Position numbers and translations under genes: made by a program
NCBI GenBank assembly: GCA_965229705.1
Contig: OZ245922.1
Location: 330,001-362,000 of the forward strand
Reading direction: 5' to 3'
DNA from: Candidatus Saccharimonadota bacterium
GTDB taxonomy: Bacteria > Patescibacteriota > Gracilibacteria > BD1-5 > UBA6164
DNA length: 32,000 nt
Notes under the pieces: generated by a model
What the model saw: the letters and a program-made list of their open reading frames with translations, nothing else
What the model was told of the DNA's origin: nothing
Databases searched by the model: none
Shown: positions 10,948 to 22,078 of the stretch, piece by piece
Position numbering within the stretch: the first letter of the stretch is position 1
Layout of the letters: each line of letters begins with the position of its first letter

Positions 10948-11691
10948 CTATCTCCCTCTCTTTCAAAGAAATATGTATAATAGTATCCCTCATATTATCA
11001 TAGGAATACTCAGTAAGCTTCACTGCGTTAAAAATCAAAGATAATATCATATGTGACTATCAGGCTGCCTGATCCATATCTCTACTATCACTCGAAACAC
11101 TCAATAATATATCAAAAAGAGAGCTGATATCTTTCAGGAAAAACTCTTTTTATAAATAAAGTTAAGGAGTACAAAAATCACGCATCACTCTAAAAAAGCT
11201 TCTACTAAAGGAGAAGGGAAGTATGAACCATTCGCTGTCTGCACAGCGAGAAATCAATCATAGGAAAATCATAACAGTTCCTTATTGAGATAATTTCCTA
11301 TTCTTCATAAAAACAAACCTACTGGAACTATCATAGCAAGTGTATCAAAAAGTTGAAAAACATCTTTTTTATACCTTTTTGCAAATATAGAGACCGCGAG
11401 TATCACTCATAACAGTCATCCATGAAATGCCATTCATCATTGCCATATATATAAAACTACAAGAGGATTTTCTATAAGCTCTCTAGGATAATAAAAGAGA
11501 AAATTTCCCAACCTCCCACCAATAATCACTCCTATAAATACAAAGTAAAAAAGCATCTCTCTTTCTCGATCATTATAGGGAAGGAATTTTTTTATTGCCC
11601 ATATACCATAAAAAAAAGCAACAGCATACATCAGTCAATAATAGCTTGGAGCAAGGGTTACTCAGAAAAAAGTGAGTTCAAATATTTTCAT
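10948..11691 (-). CDS. lgt: prolipoprotein diacylglyceryl transferase
   Basis: ATG 11691, TAG 10948-10950 (744 nt). Motifs: MKIFELTFFGVTLAPSYYGLMYAVAFFYG; YIWQ-G-G(TGA TGA at 11434-11439)-MAFHG-G; GRIGNYLNKELLG; PSPLVEAFLEG. Standard-code fragment 11437-11631 is the middle of this gene. Confidence 0.9.
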
Positions 11692-11879
11692 ATATTACAA
11701 AATAAAGTAAATATTTGACAATAATATATTTTTATGATTCAATAATAGTACAGAAATAATTTATGTACACAAATAAAAATATGTCAATAAAAAAGATTTT
11801 TGTTTTATAGAGAGATAGTACACCAAACTCTCTGAAATACAAATATCTCCTTTGACGAAATTATTTCTAACTATTTCGT

Positions 11880-14225
11880 ATGAAACGAACACTACAAACA
11901 TATACCGCGATAGGAGTTCTGGCACTCTTTCTGTTTCAGGTGGTTATTCCATACCATGTTGCAGCAAATGCCAAGGTTGAGCTCATGTATCCGATACAAG
12001 AGATGTCCAAGCTTGAATGTCGTTTTCAAGAGTTTCGCTCACTCTCTTCAAACTGTAAGATGATTCTTCCAGTTTTAGAAACAAAGGACTATGAGAGATA
12101 TGCCACAAAAAATGGAGGGTATAACGACTTTACCAGAATATATACTGTTCTCTGGGCATCAAGTTATAAATACGGCTGGGATGTCGGAAGTGGAGGTCAC
12201 CAAGGAGTTGATATTGCTACTTCACGAGGAACGCCTGTGTATAATATCGCTGATGGAAAGGTTATCCGTACAGGAAACGATATTTGATGGGGAAAATTTG
12301 TCTCTGTAGAACATACAATTAAGGGAAAAACCATCGTTGCAAACTATGCCCATCTTGACTCTATTGATGTAAACAAAGGACAAAAACTTGATATAGGGGA
12401 TACCATAGGAACCGTTGGTTCTACAGGAAATTCAACAGGAAATCACTTACATTTTCAAATTGATCTTCCTTACAAATTTCACCCCTATTACTATGACAGT
12501 AGTACTTGCCCTTATTCATACTATGAAATTACAGAAACAGGAGTATGTTTCGAAGACCTCGCAACGCACACGATAGATCCATTAAAATTTTTAGAAACAA
12601 ATGGAGCAGTACTTGATGATATAAAAGTGCAGGAGGTCGAAAGAGCTGTGGCTGTTTCACAAAGTAGTACTATTTCGCCAAGAGATATTTTCTCTACAAC
12701 CGTATATTATGGATATGGAAGTAGCAATGATGTAAAAGAAGTACAACGTATATACAATAAGCTTGGATACTACGATGGGCAAATCTCTGGAGACTTTGCA
12801 GATGTAGAAGAGAGTATCATAGACTACCAAATAGCAACAGGAGTACTCAAAACACGTAATGACGAGTGAGCAGGATGGTTTGGACCAAAAACTCGAACTC
12901 AAACGCAAAAAGACTATGATGCATATGTCGCATCTGGAGGACAGTCAGCATTGAGCGTGAGTACCAGCTGAGGGGCATCTATAGAAAATAAAAATTCTCG
13001 ATCTGAGGTACAGGTACAAACAGAAAAAGTTTCTCGAAAAAATCTCATGACTCGAGAAGAAAGACAAGCACAAGAAATGGCAGAATTCCTAGAAATGTAT
13101 AGTATTGATTTTGAAAATAGTATTTCACAAATTGATACCAATACGACTAAAACAACCTATATAAAAATACACAATAAAAAAGGAAAACCATTTAGAGGAA
13201 ACACTCCAGGAAACATTAGTTTTGAATATGATAGTGAAAAAATATCTATTTTCCCTAATAGTTTCTATAACTTTACTGATGGAACAAGAAAAATAAAAAT
13301 CACAGGACAGTCTGAGTGACATACGAGCGTGAGTATTAAAATCGGAGAAGTTATCGTGAAAACACTTTCTGTAACTGTCGGTGAGGCAGGTAGGGCTAAG
13401 ACGCCAAGTTCTGCAAAGATTTATACTCCAAGTACGAACTTCCAATGAGAGAAATCAACGGCTATCGTACTTATGAAAGACCAGTACAGCAACAAAATAG
13501 TATGAGCAGAGTATGATGATAGATTTACCGTTTCAGCATGAGATAATGCTCAGTATTGTATAAAAAAATGATCACTGCGAGATGTAAAAGCTATATATGC
13601 AAGAGACTGTGTTATGCAAGAATACAAAAATACTCTTGAGTTTGGTTATGAAGATACGATTGCATGAGTACTCATATTTGACTATAAAATATATACACAA
13701 TGAGGAGAGACTCTCACTCTCAAAAAGGAAGGAAAAGATTTTTCTTCTCAGTGAATACTCGTAAAAGGTCCACAAGACTTATATGCAAATACCCTCTATA
13801 GTGATGCAATACACTACAGTCTTGAAAACCAGATTGCCTCAACCAAACAATGATACTTTATGCCAGAGAGGGAAATCAGTTCTTATGATGCTCATGATTG
13901 GCTCAAGAATCAACTCAGACAAGAAGGGAAAAGTGATACAGATGTTCCAACATGAAGCCAGCTTTCTACCCTTACGAGAAAAGAGTTTCTGACTCTTGTA
14001 AGTAGCTATTATGAGACAGCCTCTTCCAATGATCAGAGAAAATATAGAGATGCTGATGAAGATATAGAGAGACTTGTAGCGAGCACTCTTGGTGTAGACT
14101 ATAGCTGGAAAGATCAGTTTTGAGAGTTTTATTTTCAACCAGATAAAAATATCACAAGATCAGAGGCAGCATATATGCTCTATATGCTTCACAATAAAAA
14201 ACATGTAGAACTTGCAAGAAACTAA
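11880..14225 (+). CDS. secreted M23/LytM-family peptidase with a peptidoglycan-binding domain and a long C-terminal extension (781 aa)
   Basis: ATG 11880, TAA 14223-14225, every codon walked. The N-terminus looks like a signal peptide. Motifs: HQGVDIA...GKVIRTGNDI-G(TGA 12285)-WGKFVSVEH...ANYAHL...GTVGSTGNSTGNHLHFQI. PG_binding_1-like VKEVQRIYNKLGYYDGQISGDF...GAGWFGPKT. C-terminal SLH-like FQPDKNITRSEAAYMLYML. Fragments 11880-12287, 12627-12869 and 13047-13319 share this frame. Confidence 0.85.
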
Positions 14226-14287
14226 GAAACCACAATAGACCAGAATACTATGTATACACCACACATTTATATTCTTAAAAATATACT

Positions 14288-14488
14288 ATGAAACATACAG
14301 ATATACAATGCCTTGCTCCAGAAGTGAGAGAGTCGCTTCAGGTATACAATACAGCCATAGATAACGCTCTAGGAGCTGTACAAAAACTCGAAGCTATATG
14401 TATCACAAAAAGACTTGCAGAAATGTTTTGAACTCAGGATCAACAAGTTGCAGAAATGATACGAGAAGATTACCTTGTGAGTGTGTAA
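14288..14488 (+). CDS. small hypothetical protein (66 aa)
   Basis: ATG 14288 to TAA 14486-14488 with one in-frame TGA: MKHTDIQCLAPEVRESLQVYNTAIDNALGAVQKLEAICITKRLAEMFGTQDQQVAEMIREDYLVSV. A strong terminator follows directly. Confidence 0.4.
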
Positions 14489-14511
14489 AGACACGCAAAA
14501 GCATGTATGAG

Positions 14512-14545
14512 ATCTCTTATGTATAAACACATAAGAGATTTTTTA
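14512..14545 (+). terminator. intrinsic terminator
   Basis: atctcttatgt-ataaac-acataagagat forms a perfect 11-bp stem followed by tttttt. Confidence 0.7.
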
Positions 14546-14557
14546 TGAAATAAAGTT

Positions 14558-14585
14558 TTGATAAGTCTATATATTTGCATAATAT
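14558..14585 (+). promoter_or_regulatory. candidate sigma70-like promoter upstream of the 33-aa-repeat gene
   Basis: TTGATA (14558-14563), a 16-nt spacer, then TAATAT (14580-14585). Confidence 0.25.
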
Positions 14586-14715
14586 ATAAACAAGGAACAT
14601 TATTTTCCTAAAATAAGAATATGTGTTTCTGTGTATTTTTTAACTCCATAGTTTTATGTTATGAACAGCAACTTTTACAAGAACAGACATAGAGATGTTA
14701 TGAACAGCAGAGTAT

Positions 14716-16338
14716 ATGCCTCTTAAAACAGCACTTGAAGAGTGGAAAAAGAGTAAATTTAGTAAGGGGCGTTTAATAATCAAACAAAAAGTAGAAGACT
14801 TTTTAGAATTTCTTGATGATGAGTCTCTCCCTGATATACAAATATCTTGTCGAGATGTTGAGTTTCTCAAGATGTTCGTAGAAAAAAGGGTTAAAAAAAT
14901 GATTATTTCTTATCAAAAGAAATATAATGGAGAAGTTTTTCAAGAATGAGAAAATAGAGCTGATCTTGAATGATATCCTATAATATGAGCGAGAGAGTTA
15001 TGAATATTTTTAGGAGAAGCCCTAAAAATAAATTTTACTTTTCATCATATACTTCCCTTTATGGAAAAAGCAGAGGTTATAGAGGCTAATCATCTCTGAC
15101 AGTCTCTCAAGATAGCTTATAGAGATAAGAGTTGTACTTTTCAAGATATAGTATTCATGCTTGAAAAAGCAGAGATTATAAATATCACTCATCTCTGACA
15201 GTCTCTCAAGATAGCTGTGAGAGATGAGAATTGTAATTTTCAAGATATAGTATTCATGCTCGAAAAAGCAGAGGTTATAGAGGCTCATCATCTTTGAGAA
15301 GCTCTCAGGATAGCTAATAGAGATAAGAGTTATACTTTTCAAGATATAGTATTCATGCTTGAAAAAGCAGAGGTTATAGACGCTAATCATCTTTGAGAAG
15401 CTCTCAGGATAGCTAATAGAGATAAGAGTTATACTTTTCAAGATATAGTATTCATGCTTGAAAAAGCAGAGATTATAAATAATGTTCATCTTTGGGGAGG
15501 TCTCCAGATAGCTGTGAGAGATGAGAATTGTACTTTTCAAGATATAGTATTCATGCTTGAAAAAGCAGAGGTTATAGACGCTAATCATCTTTGAGAAGCT
15601 CTCAGGATAGCTAATAGAGATAAGAGTTATACTTTTCAAGATATAGTATTCATGCTTGAAAAAGCAGAGATTATAAATAATGTTCATCTTTGGGGAGGTC
15701 TCCAGATAGCTGTGAGAGATGAGAATTGTACTTTTCAAGATATAGTATTCATGCTTAAAAAAGCAGAGGTTATAGAGGCTAATCATCTCTGACAGTCTCT
15801 CAAGATAGCTGTGAGAGATGAGAGTTATACTTTTCAAGATATAGTATTCATGCTTGAAAAAGCAGAGGTTATAGAGGCTAGTCATCTCTGACAGTCTCTC
15901 AAGATAGCTTATAGAGATGAGAGTTGTACTTTTCAAGATATAGTATTCATGCTTGAAAAAGCAGAGATTATAAATAATGTTCATCTTTGGGGAGGTCTCC
16001 AGATAGCTGTGAGAGATGAGAATTGTACTTTTCAAGATATAGTATTCATGCTTGAAAGAGCAGAGGTTATAGACGCTAATCATCTAAAACTTATACTCCT
16101 TATTGCAAGAAGAAAAAAAGGGCATTGGTTAGACTCTTTAATATGAATTTTAGAGAAAAATGTAGGTATGAGTGGTGAGTGTTTTATGCTATTACTCCAA
16201 ATTGCTCTTAATGATGATAGCTGTACCTATGAGAAGTTTTTATTCTTGCTAAAGATTGGAAGAGAAAAAGGAGTAAAATTTACTTCTAGGCATTTGCAGC
16301 TTATAAATAAAATACAAGAAAAGCTAGATAACAAGTAG
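14716..16338 (+). CDS. 33-residue tandem-repeat protein (ankyrin-like periodicity, alpha-helical repeat), 540 aa. Alternative in-frame starts at 14656 and 14695.
   Basis: The frame is open from ATG 14716 to TAG 16336-16338 when TGA is sense. A unique N-terminus (MPLKTALEEWKKSKF...) is followed by ~10 copies of MLEKAEVI(E/D)ANHL-G-(Q/E)(S/A)L(K/R)IAxRDxSxTFQDIVF and a degenerate last repeat plus a unique tail. Fragments 14716-14949 and 15949-16146 share the frame. Confidence 0.7.
15061..16083. repeat. 99-bp tandem repeat, ~10.3 copies, coding, in three sequence variants
   Basis: Repeat units start at 15157 and every 99 nt after that, preceded by a first 96-bp unit at 15061. The block 15355-15552 is identical to 15553-15750, a perfect 198-bp tandem duplication. 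Confidence 0.95.
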
Positions 16339-16399
16339 TGAAAAATCGCAGAAAAGATGAAAAAACCCACAGAGAAGACGAAATAAAAAAAAGTAAACT

Positions 16400-18877
16400 A
16401 TGAAACTACAAGGAATAAGAATAGAACAGAGATTTATCAGTAAAGAAGAACTATGAGATCCAAAAATATTGGATATTTTTTGAAGTGTGTGAGATCAACA
16501 TATCACAGGAATACAAAAAGAGATTTTTAACGCGTGACTTGACTGTCTGAGACAAACTCACTCATGACAAGAGCTTGGTATACTCCAGCAAGTAAAACTT
16601 GCTGCTTTTGAGATTATTACTTGAGCACAGATGGTTTTAGAGTGAGAAAGAACTGCTCCAGATAGAGAAACACTCTCATTTTTTGATCCTCAAGATGTTT
16701 TACGTATCATCAACTCTACAAATGAAGATAATGCAAGAAAAGAGATAGAGCAGGCAAAGTGAAAAATGGAGAAAAAACCCTTTTTCCTAGAAGCAGATGA
16801 AGATGGATACTGATATCTCTGTGATAACTCTGGAGAATATATGTGAGAGATATATACCCGTTCAGGAGGTTTTACTCATATAGAGAGTATGGAGAGAGAA
16901 GAATATGTGTATCTGCTCGTTCAAAAAAATAGAAATATAGAAGTGTATAAAGCGTCATCATCAAATCTTTATGAATATGAAGAAATTTTTGTTATCTTTG
17001 GTGGAAACCTGCAAAATATTATAAGTGCCCCTGCGTGAGCAAATGACATATTGATATATCAGAAAGATAAAAATATCATTGTATATGATCTTTTAGATGA
17101 TGGTGATATATGTTTTTCTGAGTCAGAAAATACTTGTCTTGAAGTAACAGATGTTGTGAGGTATGGGCAAAAAATATATGTTCATTATGTATCAGAGTTT
17201 GAACAACAAGAATTCTATATCATACAAGACTGTGATGAACAAGAAGAAGTTATCAGAATCTCCTATGAGTATAGATTTATTCCTCATGACAAGGGATATG
17301 TAGTGATATTTTACGACGATGAGGAAGAATGCTATACACTTTTTGATCAAGAGGAAACTACTATTACCAACATTGTTGCTCTTATCTCTCAAAAAACATG
17401 AAATCCAGTTTCTCAGTGAGACTTCCTAGAAATATCAGAGTATTATCTTGAGTCATGAAAACTTTGTATTCCTTTTGTATATAAAAATCAAGCTGGAGAA
17501 CTTTATGAGGGAAGCTATGTTTATCAAGTAGATGATGTATCCCGACTCCATGGTCAGGTATATACTGAGCAAAAAAAGTTTCTTTGATGAAATACATGAG
17601 AAGAACTATGAATACCACCAGAAGATGATTATGAAGCCATAGAAGACGCTCTAGATCTTGTATGAGATATCTTCGAACGCTCCTCATATTTTGATCAGCA
17701 ATTCACGGCAGTGTTTTGAACAACATTAAGGAGTGTGATTTTAGAGGGGGTGGTTTTTTCAAAATCAAGCTTGAATCATTTTCAGGAACTACAAAGACTT
17801 GATATTCAAAAATTTGAAAAGTTTATGAGAGACCTCGACTACGATATTATAGAAGAAAAGTTATCTCTAAATATAGAGACAGGCTTTATTACTTGTTTTA
17901 TCAGTCAATTGAAAACAATAATACAGGAAGCAGAAACAACATTGAGAGTATTTACAGAACTTGGGAATGAGAAAAATCATCAAAATTTTATAAAAATAGA
18001 TACCTCCGAGTGATATACTCTTTTTCAAGAAAAAGAAACGCAGGAAATATTTCTTTGTATCAATGGAGAGTTCATACCTGGTATTAGATATCCTGATAGT
18101 CAAAACTTTGTTCACTTTCAGACAAATACGCATTGCTATATTTATGAATTTGATACTGAAAAAATGCAAAAATTTGAGTGAGAGTTTGAAGAGGCTTATA
18201 TTTTTTGAGGCAAATATTACCTACAAATAGCATACCCATGTTCTGAAAATATCTCATCATCAAAGATTTACTGCTGAGAAGATCACTGCGTATATGAGAA
18301 AAAAGTTCTATGAAGTATCTGACGTATCATATGACTAGTGGAAATTTGAAATGATATATACGCCTTAGAGGTAAAGCAATCTTTTGAAGAATCAAGAACC
18401 TATAAAAAAGGAAAACTTTACTATACTTGAGAGTGTAGTGATCAGGAAATAGTGTGTGTGAAAAGTATATATAGCTGAGCAATTCTCTGAGAGTGAAAAG
18501 GAGTGTATGTGAGGCATTATACCTTTTGAGAAGAACTAGTGCTAGAAACGATTTTCTGAGACACAATATATATTCAAGTAATGAATGAATATAACGGTGA
18601 TGTATCATCCCTAGAGTTGTATTCCCGTGATATTTACACACGAATACGCACAAAAAACTCTTTAACCTATGTTGTTCAGTGAGAAGATGGATTATTTTCT
18701 CTCATAACTCTTCCATATCTTGTACAATATTGAACAGAAAATCCAAAAGTCACTCATATAGGAAATGTTCAGTACATGTGAGAGAACCTCACAGAACCCT
18801 ATGTAGTACTCCATTTTCAAGATGGAGGAAAGTGAAAGTTTCTTCTTGAAAGAAGCTATGAAGAAACTCTGCATTAA
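16400..18877 (+). CDS. large hypothetical protein (825 aa), acidic and Tyr-rich, with no recognisable domain
   Basis: ATG 16400, TAA 18875-18877. I walked every codon and found 38 in-frame TGA and no TAA/TAG. Standard-code fragments 17051-17401 and 17735-18013 are in this frame. Confidence 0.7.
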
Positions 18878-18903
18878 ACTCCTTGAAATAGGAGTTTTTT
18901 TCT
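18877..18903 (+). terminator. candidate intrinsic terminator
   Basis: aactcct-tgaaat-aggagtt forms a 7-bp stem followed by a T-run. Confidence 0.5.
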
Positions 18904-18941
18904 ATATATTTCTTGTAGTTTAGATATTCATTATTTCACGC

Positions 18942-21164
18942 GTGCCTCAAAAAAAATCATCAGGTTTTCTCTCACAAATTCCTCAAGAATACAAAACACA
19001 TTTTTTTGCGATACTATTTCTTGTTTTATGAGTGATAGTGCTGATGTGAGATACGAAATCTATTGTAGGGTTTCAGCTATTTCATTTTCTTACAAAGGCT
19101 TTTGGAGAGTATTACATATGGATATTTTCCCCTGTACTTATAGTCTTGGCTATTTTCCTTTTTAAAGAAAAAGACCTACATTTCAATGCCTATAGAGCAT
19201 GTGGACTCTTATTTTATTATGTTTCTCTTACAAGCATTATTGCTTGGTATATTCCATGATATGAGGCTCTATTCAATATTCTTCCGAGCCTAGAGCCTGT
19301 TTTTGGTATGGCGCCACTACTCGCATGTGTTTTTGGGCTTTTTGGTGTATCACTCTTTATCTTATTTCGCTTCTCTCTGCTTGATCTAATACTTAAGGGC
19401 TCAAAGTTATTTCCAAAGATAGGCGATATCACGGAAAGCTTTTTTCAAGATACGAAAAAACATGCTTCTCAAAAAAACTCCTACAAAACTCGCTCCTCAT
19501 CAAAACAAGAACGAGAAGAAGAGAAAAGATCGCTAGAGCTCGAAAAACAACTCGAAGAACTTCGCAGAGAAAAACTCGAACTGGCAAAGCTCAAACAACC
19601 AAAACAACTTCAGCTCGAAAAACAAAAAAACAGAAAAGTTCCTGTAAGTGGCAAAACTACCTGATGAAAAATAGCTTCTCTCTTTTGAAAATCAGAAAAA
19701 TCTCAAGAAACGCAAGGACAGAGTAATCATGCAATAAACTTTCAAAATTGGTCACTTCCTCCTCTCACTCTTCTCACAGAACATCACAATGATACTCATA
19801 CAGATGAAGATGAGATTCGCATGAAAGAAATAGAAATCCAAGAAAAACTTCTGCAGTTTGGTATATCTGTTGAAATGGTAGGATACAAGGTAGGTCCTAC
19901 TGTTATACAGTATAGACTCAAACCATCTCGAGGAGTCAAGCTCCAAACAATCGTGAATCTCAAAAAAGACCTAACTCTCGCACTACATGCGAAAAATATT
20001 CGTATTCAGGCTCCAATCCCAGGACTCTGAGTTGTGGGTATTGAAGTCCCAAACGATACGAGACAAACCGTGTGACTCAGAGAACTCCTCGAAAGCCAAA
20101 GCTTCACTTCAAAAAAAATGGAGATACCCATAGCTATCGGAAAAGATGTGTCTGGAGAAATGATATTTTGAGATCTGACAAAGATGCCTCATCTCCTTGT
20201 TGCCTGACAAACTGCTTCAGGAAAGTCAGTAGGAATGAACGGTTTTTTGATCTCTATGCTTTATAAGTTTTCTCCTTCTGAACTGAAAATGATTATGATA
20301 GATCCAAAGCGTGTGGAACTCTCAATATACAATGGTATTCCACACCTCTTAACGCCTGTTATTACCAATCCTGAAAAGGCTTTAAACTCTCTCAAATGGG
20401 CAGTTGCTGAAATGCTGAGAAGATATGATCTCGCAACGCAGGTAAACGCTCGAAATCTCAAGGAATATAACGCAAAAGTATCCCGCTCAGAAAAACTTCC
20501 CTACATAGTAATAGTCGTTGATGAACTTGCTGATTTGATGATGTCTGGGCAAAAAAAAGAGGTAGAAGGAAATATTGCCCGTATAGCGCAAATGGCACGA
20601 GCAGTATGAATGCACCTTATTGTCGCAACGCAAAGACCTTCAGTTGATGTTATTACTGGTCTTATTAAGGCAAATATCCCAAGCCGTATAGCCTTTACCG
20701 TCGCGTCACAAATAGACTCTCGAACAGTACTAGACAAGATGTGAGCAGAAGACTTACTGGGAAGATGAGATATGCTATATTATCCAACAGGAGAACTGGA
20801 ACCACTGAGAGTACAATGAGTCTTAGTAGAGTGATCAGAGATAGAGAGTATTGTTACAGAACTTAAACTGACTATAGACCCTGATATGCTGAAAAATATG
20901 CAAGATCCAGAAATAGCAAATGGAAAGTCTGCAACGGCAGGAAGCGTCCTAGAATGATATGATGGCGATCAGGAGGAAGATCCAGAAATCATAGAAAAAG
21001 CTATTGAAATAGTGAAAGAATCTCGAAAGGGAAGTACCTCTCTCATACAAAGAAAGCTTTCTTTATGATACGCTCGAGCAGCAAAAGTACTCGATATTCT
21101 TGAGGAACTCTGAGTAGTTTGACCTGCTAATGGGAGTAAGCCAAGGGAAGTGTATTTGGAGTAA
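18942..21164 (+). CDS. ftsK: DNA translocase FtsK/SpoIIIE
   Basis: The frame opens after TAG 18921. GTG 18942 is the first start, and the next in-frame ATG (19044) would remove the first hydrophobic helix. Stop TAA 21162-21164. Architecture: N-terminal membrane segments, a charged EK-rich linker, then MPHLLVA-G(TGA 20205)-QTASGKSV (Walker A), [14 protein letters not shown] (Walker B), [27 protein letters not shown], and gamma domain [31 protein letters not shown]. Confidence 0.9.
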
Positions 21165-21172
21165 AACTTCAT

Positions 21173-21286
21173 TTAAGGAAGCTCTGAAAAAAAAATTCTA
21201 ATCCTCTCTGGCTCTATCGAGCCATCTCTCCTTTGGAAAAGGAGAGAAAAAAGGAGTTTCTCAAAGGTTTGCTTAAGGAGAGTCTC
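21173..21286 (-). repeat. dispersed intergenic repeat, long copy (reverse orientation)
   Basis: The reverse complement of 21177-21264 reads ttgagaaactccttttttctctccttttccaaaggagagatggctcgatagagccagagaggattagaatttttttttcagagcttcc. It contains hairpins ctctccttt/aaaggagag and ggctc/gagcc, and is flanked by TTAAGGA(A/G)..TCT at both ends (21173-21185 and 21272-21284). Confidence 0.8.
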
Positions 21287-21325
21287 ATATAATAACATAC
21301 AATACTTCTATAACCCTTTTATATT

Positions 21326-22027
21326 ATGAAAAAAATAGTTGTTCTGTTTCTTCTGATCTTTGCTCTCACATCTTGCGCAAAATCTCAAGATATTATCAAC
21401 CCAGAGGCTGAGTATCGTTATTTTTTCTGAGCAACATGTCCTCACTGTCAGGAGCTCAATAGACTCTTAGAGTCAGCCGATGTTCTCTCTCAGATATCAG
21501 TAGAAAAAAGAGAGGTATATCACAACACCGAAAATCGCCAGATATTCGCTGATCTTGTTGCACAGCTCAAGCCGCGAAGCGATGGAGTGCCTTTTGTTTA
21601 TGATACGGTGAGTTGAGAGGTAGCTGTATGAGTAGCTCCAGCGTTCAAGCTCCTCACTTCAAGGATAGAGTCTTCTCCAGAAGAAACATCTATGCAAGAA
21701 GAGAAATATCCAAAATGAGAGACAATTCTGAACCCAGATGCAGATTATATCCTATTTTATGGAGATGATGACGAAGACTCTCTGAGTATAAAAGATACTC
21801 TGCAAGAGATGAAGATATCTCTAGAAATTCGAGAAGTGTATTCACACTCTCAAAATGGAGCATTTTTTATGACCTTTGCCAAGAGAAGTGGCATTGCTAC
21901 TGAGAGTCTTGATGTTCCTTTTCTCTATCATAAGTGAAGTGCAAAGTATGCTCAGTGATCAGAAGAGATACAAAAACTCGTAGAAAACCCTCAGCTATAT
22001 TCTATTCCTGATGAAAAAGAGCTTTAA
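21326..22027 (+). CDS. lipoprotein with two tandem thioredoxin/glutaredoxin-like modules (first CPHC, second degenerate)
   Basis: ATG 21326, TAA 22025-22027, every codon walked. Signal peptide plus lipobox: MKKIVVLFLLIFALTSC. First module: YRYFF-G(TGA 21428)-ATCPHCQEL. The second module (NPDADYILFYGDDDEDSLS...) parallels the first (NPEAEYRYFFGATCPHCQE...). Confidence 0.65.
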
Positions 22028-22043
22028 AAAAGCTCTTTTTTTT
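22018..22043 (+). terminator. intrinsic terminator
   Basis: agagcttt-aaa-aaagctct forms an 8-bp stem followed by ttttttt. Confidence 0.6.
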
Positions 22044-22078
22044 GTAGTATACACACATATATTCTCTATATCGTATTT

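Noticed and set aside
15022-16083. 353-aa minus-strand ORF, the longest ORF in the supplied track
   Set aside because: It is confined exactly to the 99-bp repeat array and is Tyr/Cys/His/Phe-rich (NLCFFKHEYYILKS...). The plus-strand frame, open under table 25, extends through unique N- and C-terminal flanks (14716-16338) with a normal protein-like composition. The minus ORF is a repeat-propagated shadow that only looks best when TGA is treated as a stop.
15061-16083. Tandem repeats here and at 1-738 as CRISPR arrays
   Set aside because: Units abut with no unique spacers. The periods (99 and 120 bp) are multiples of three and sit inside long open frames, and no cas genes are nearby.
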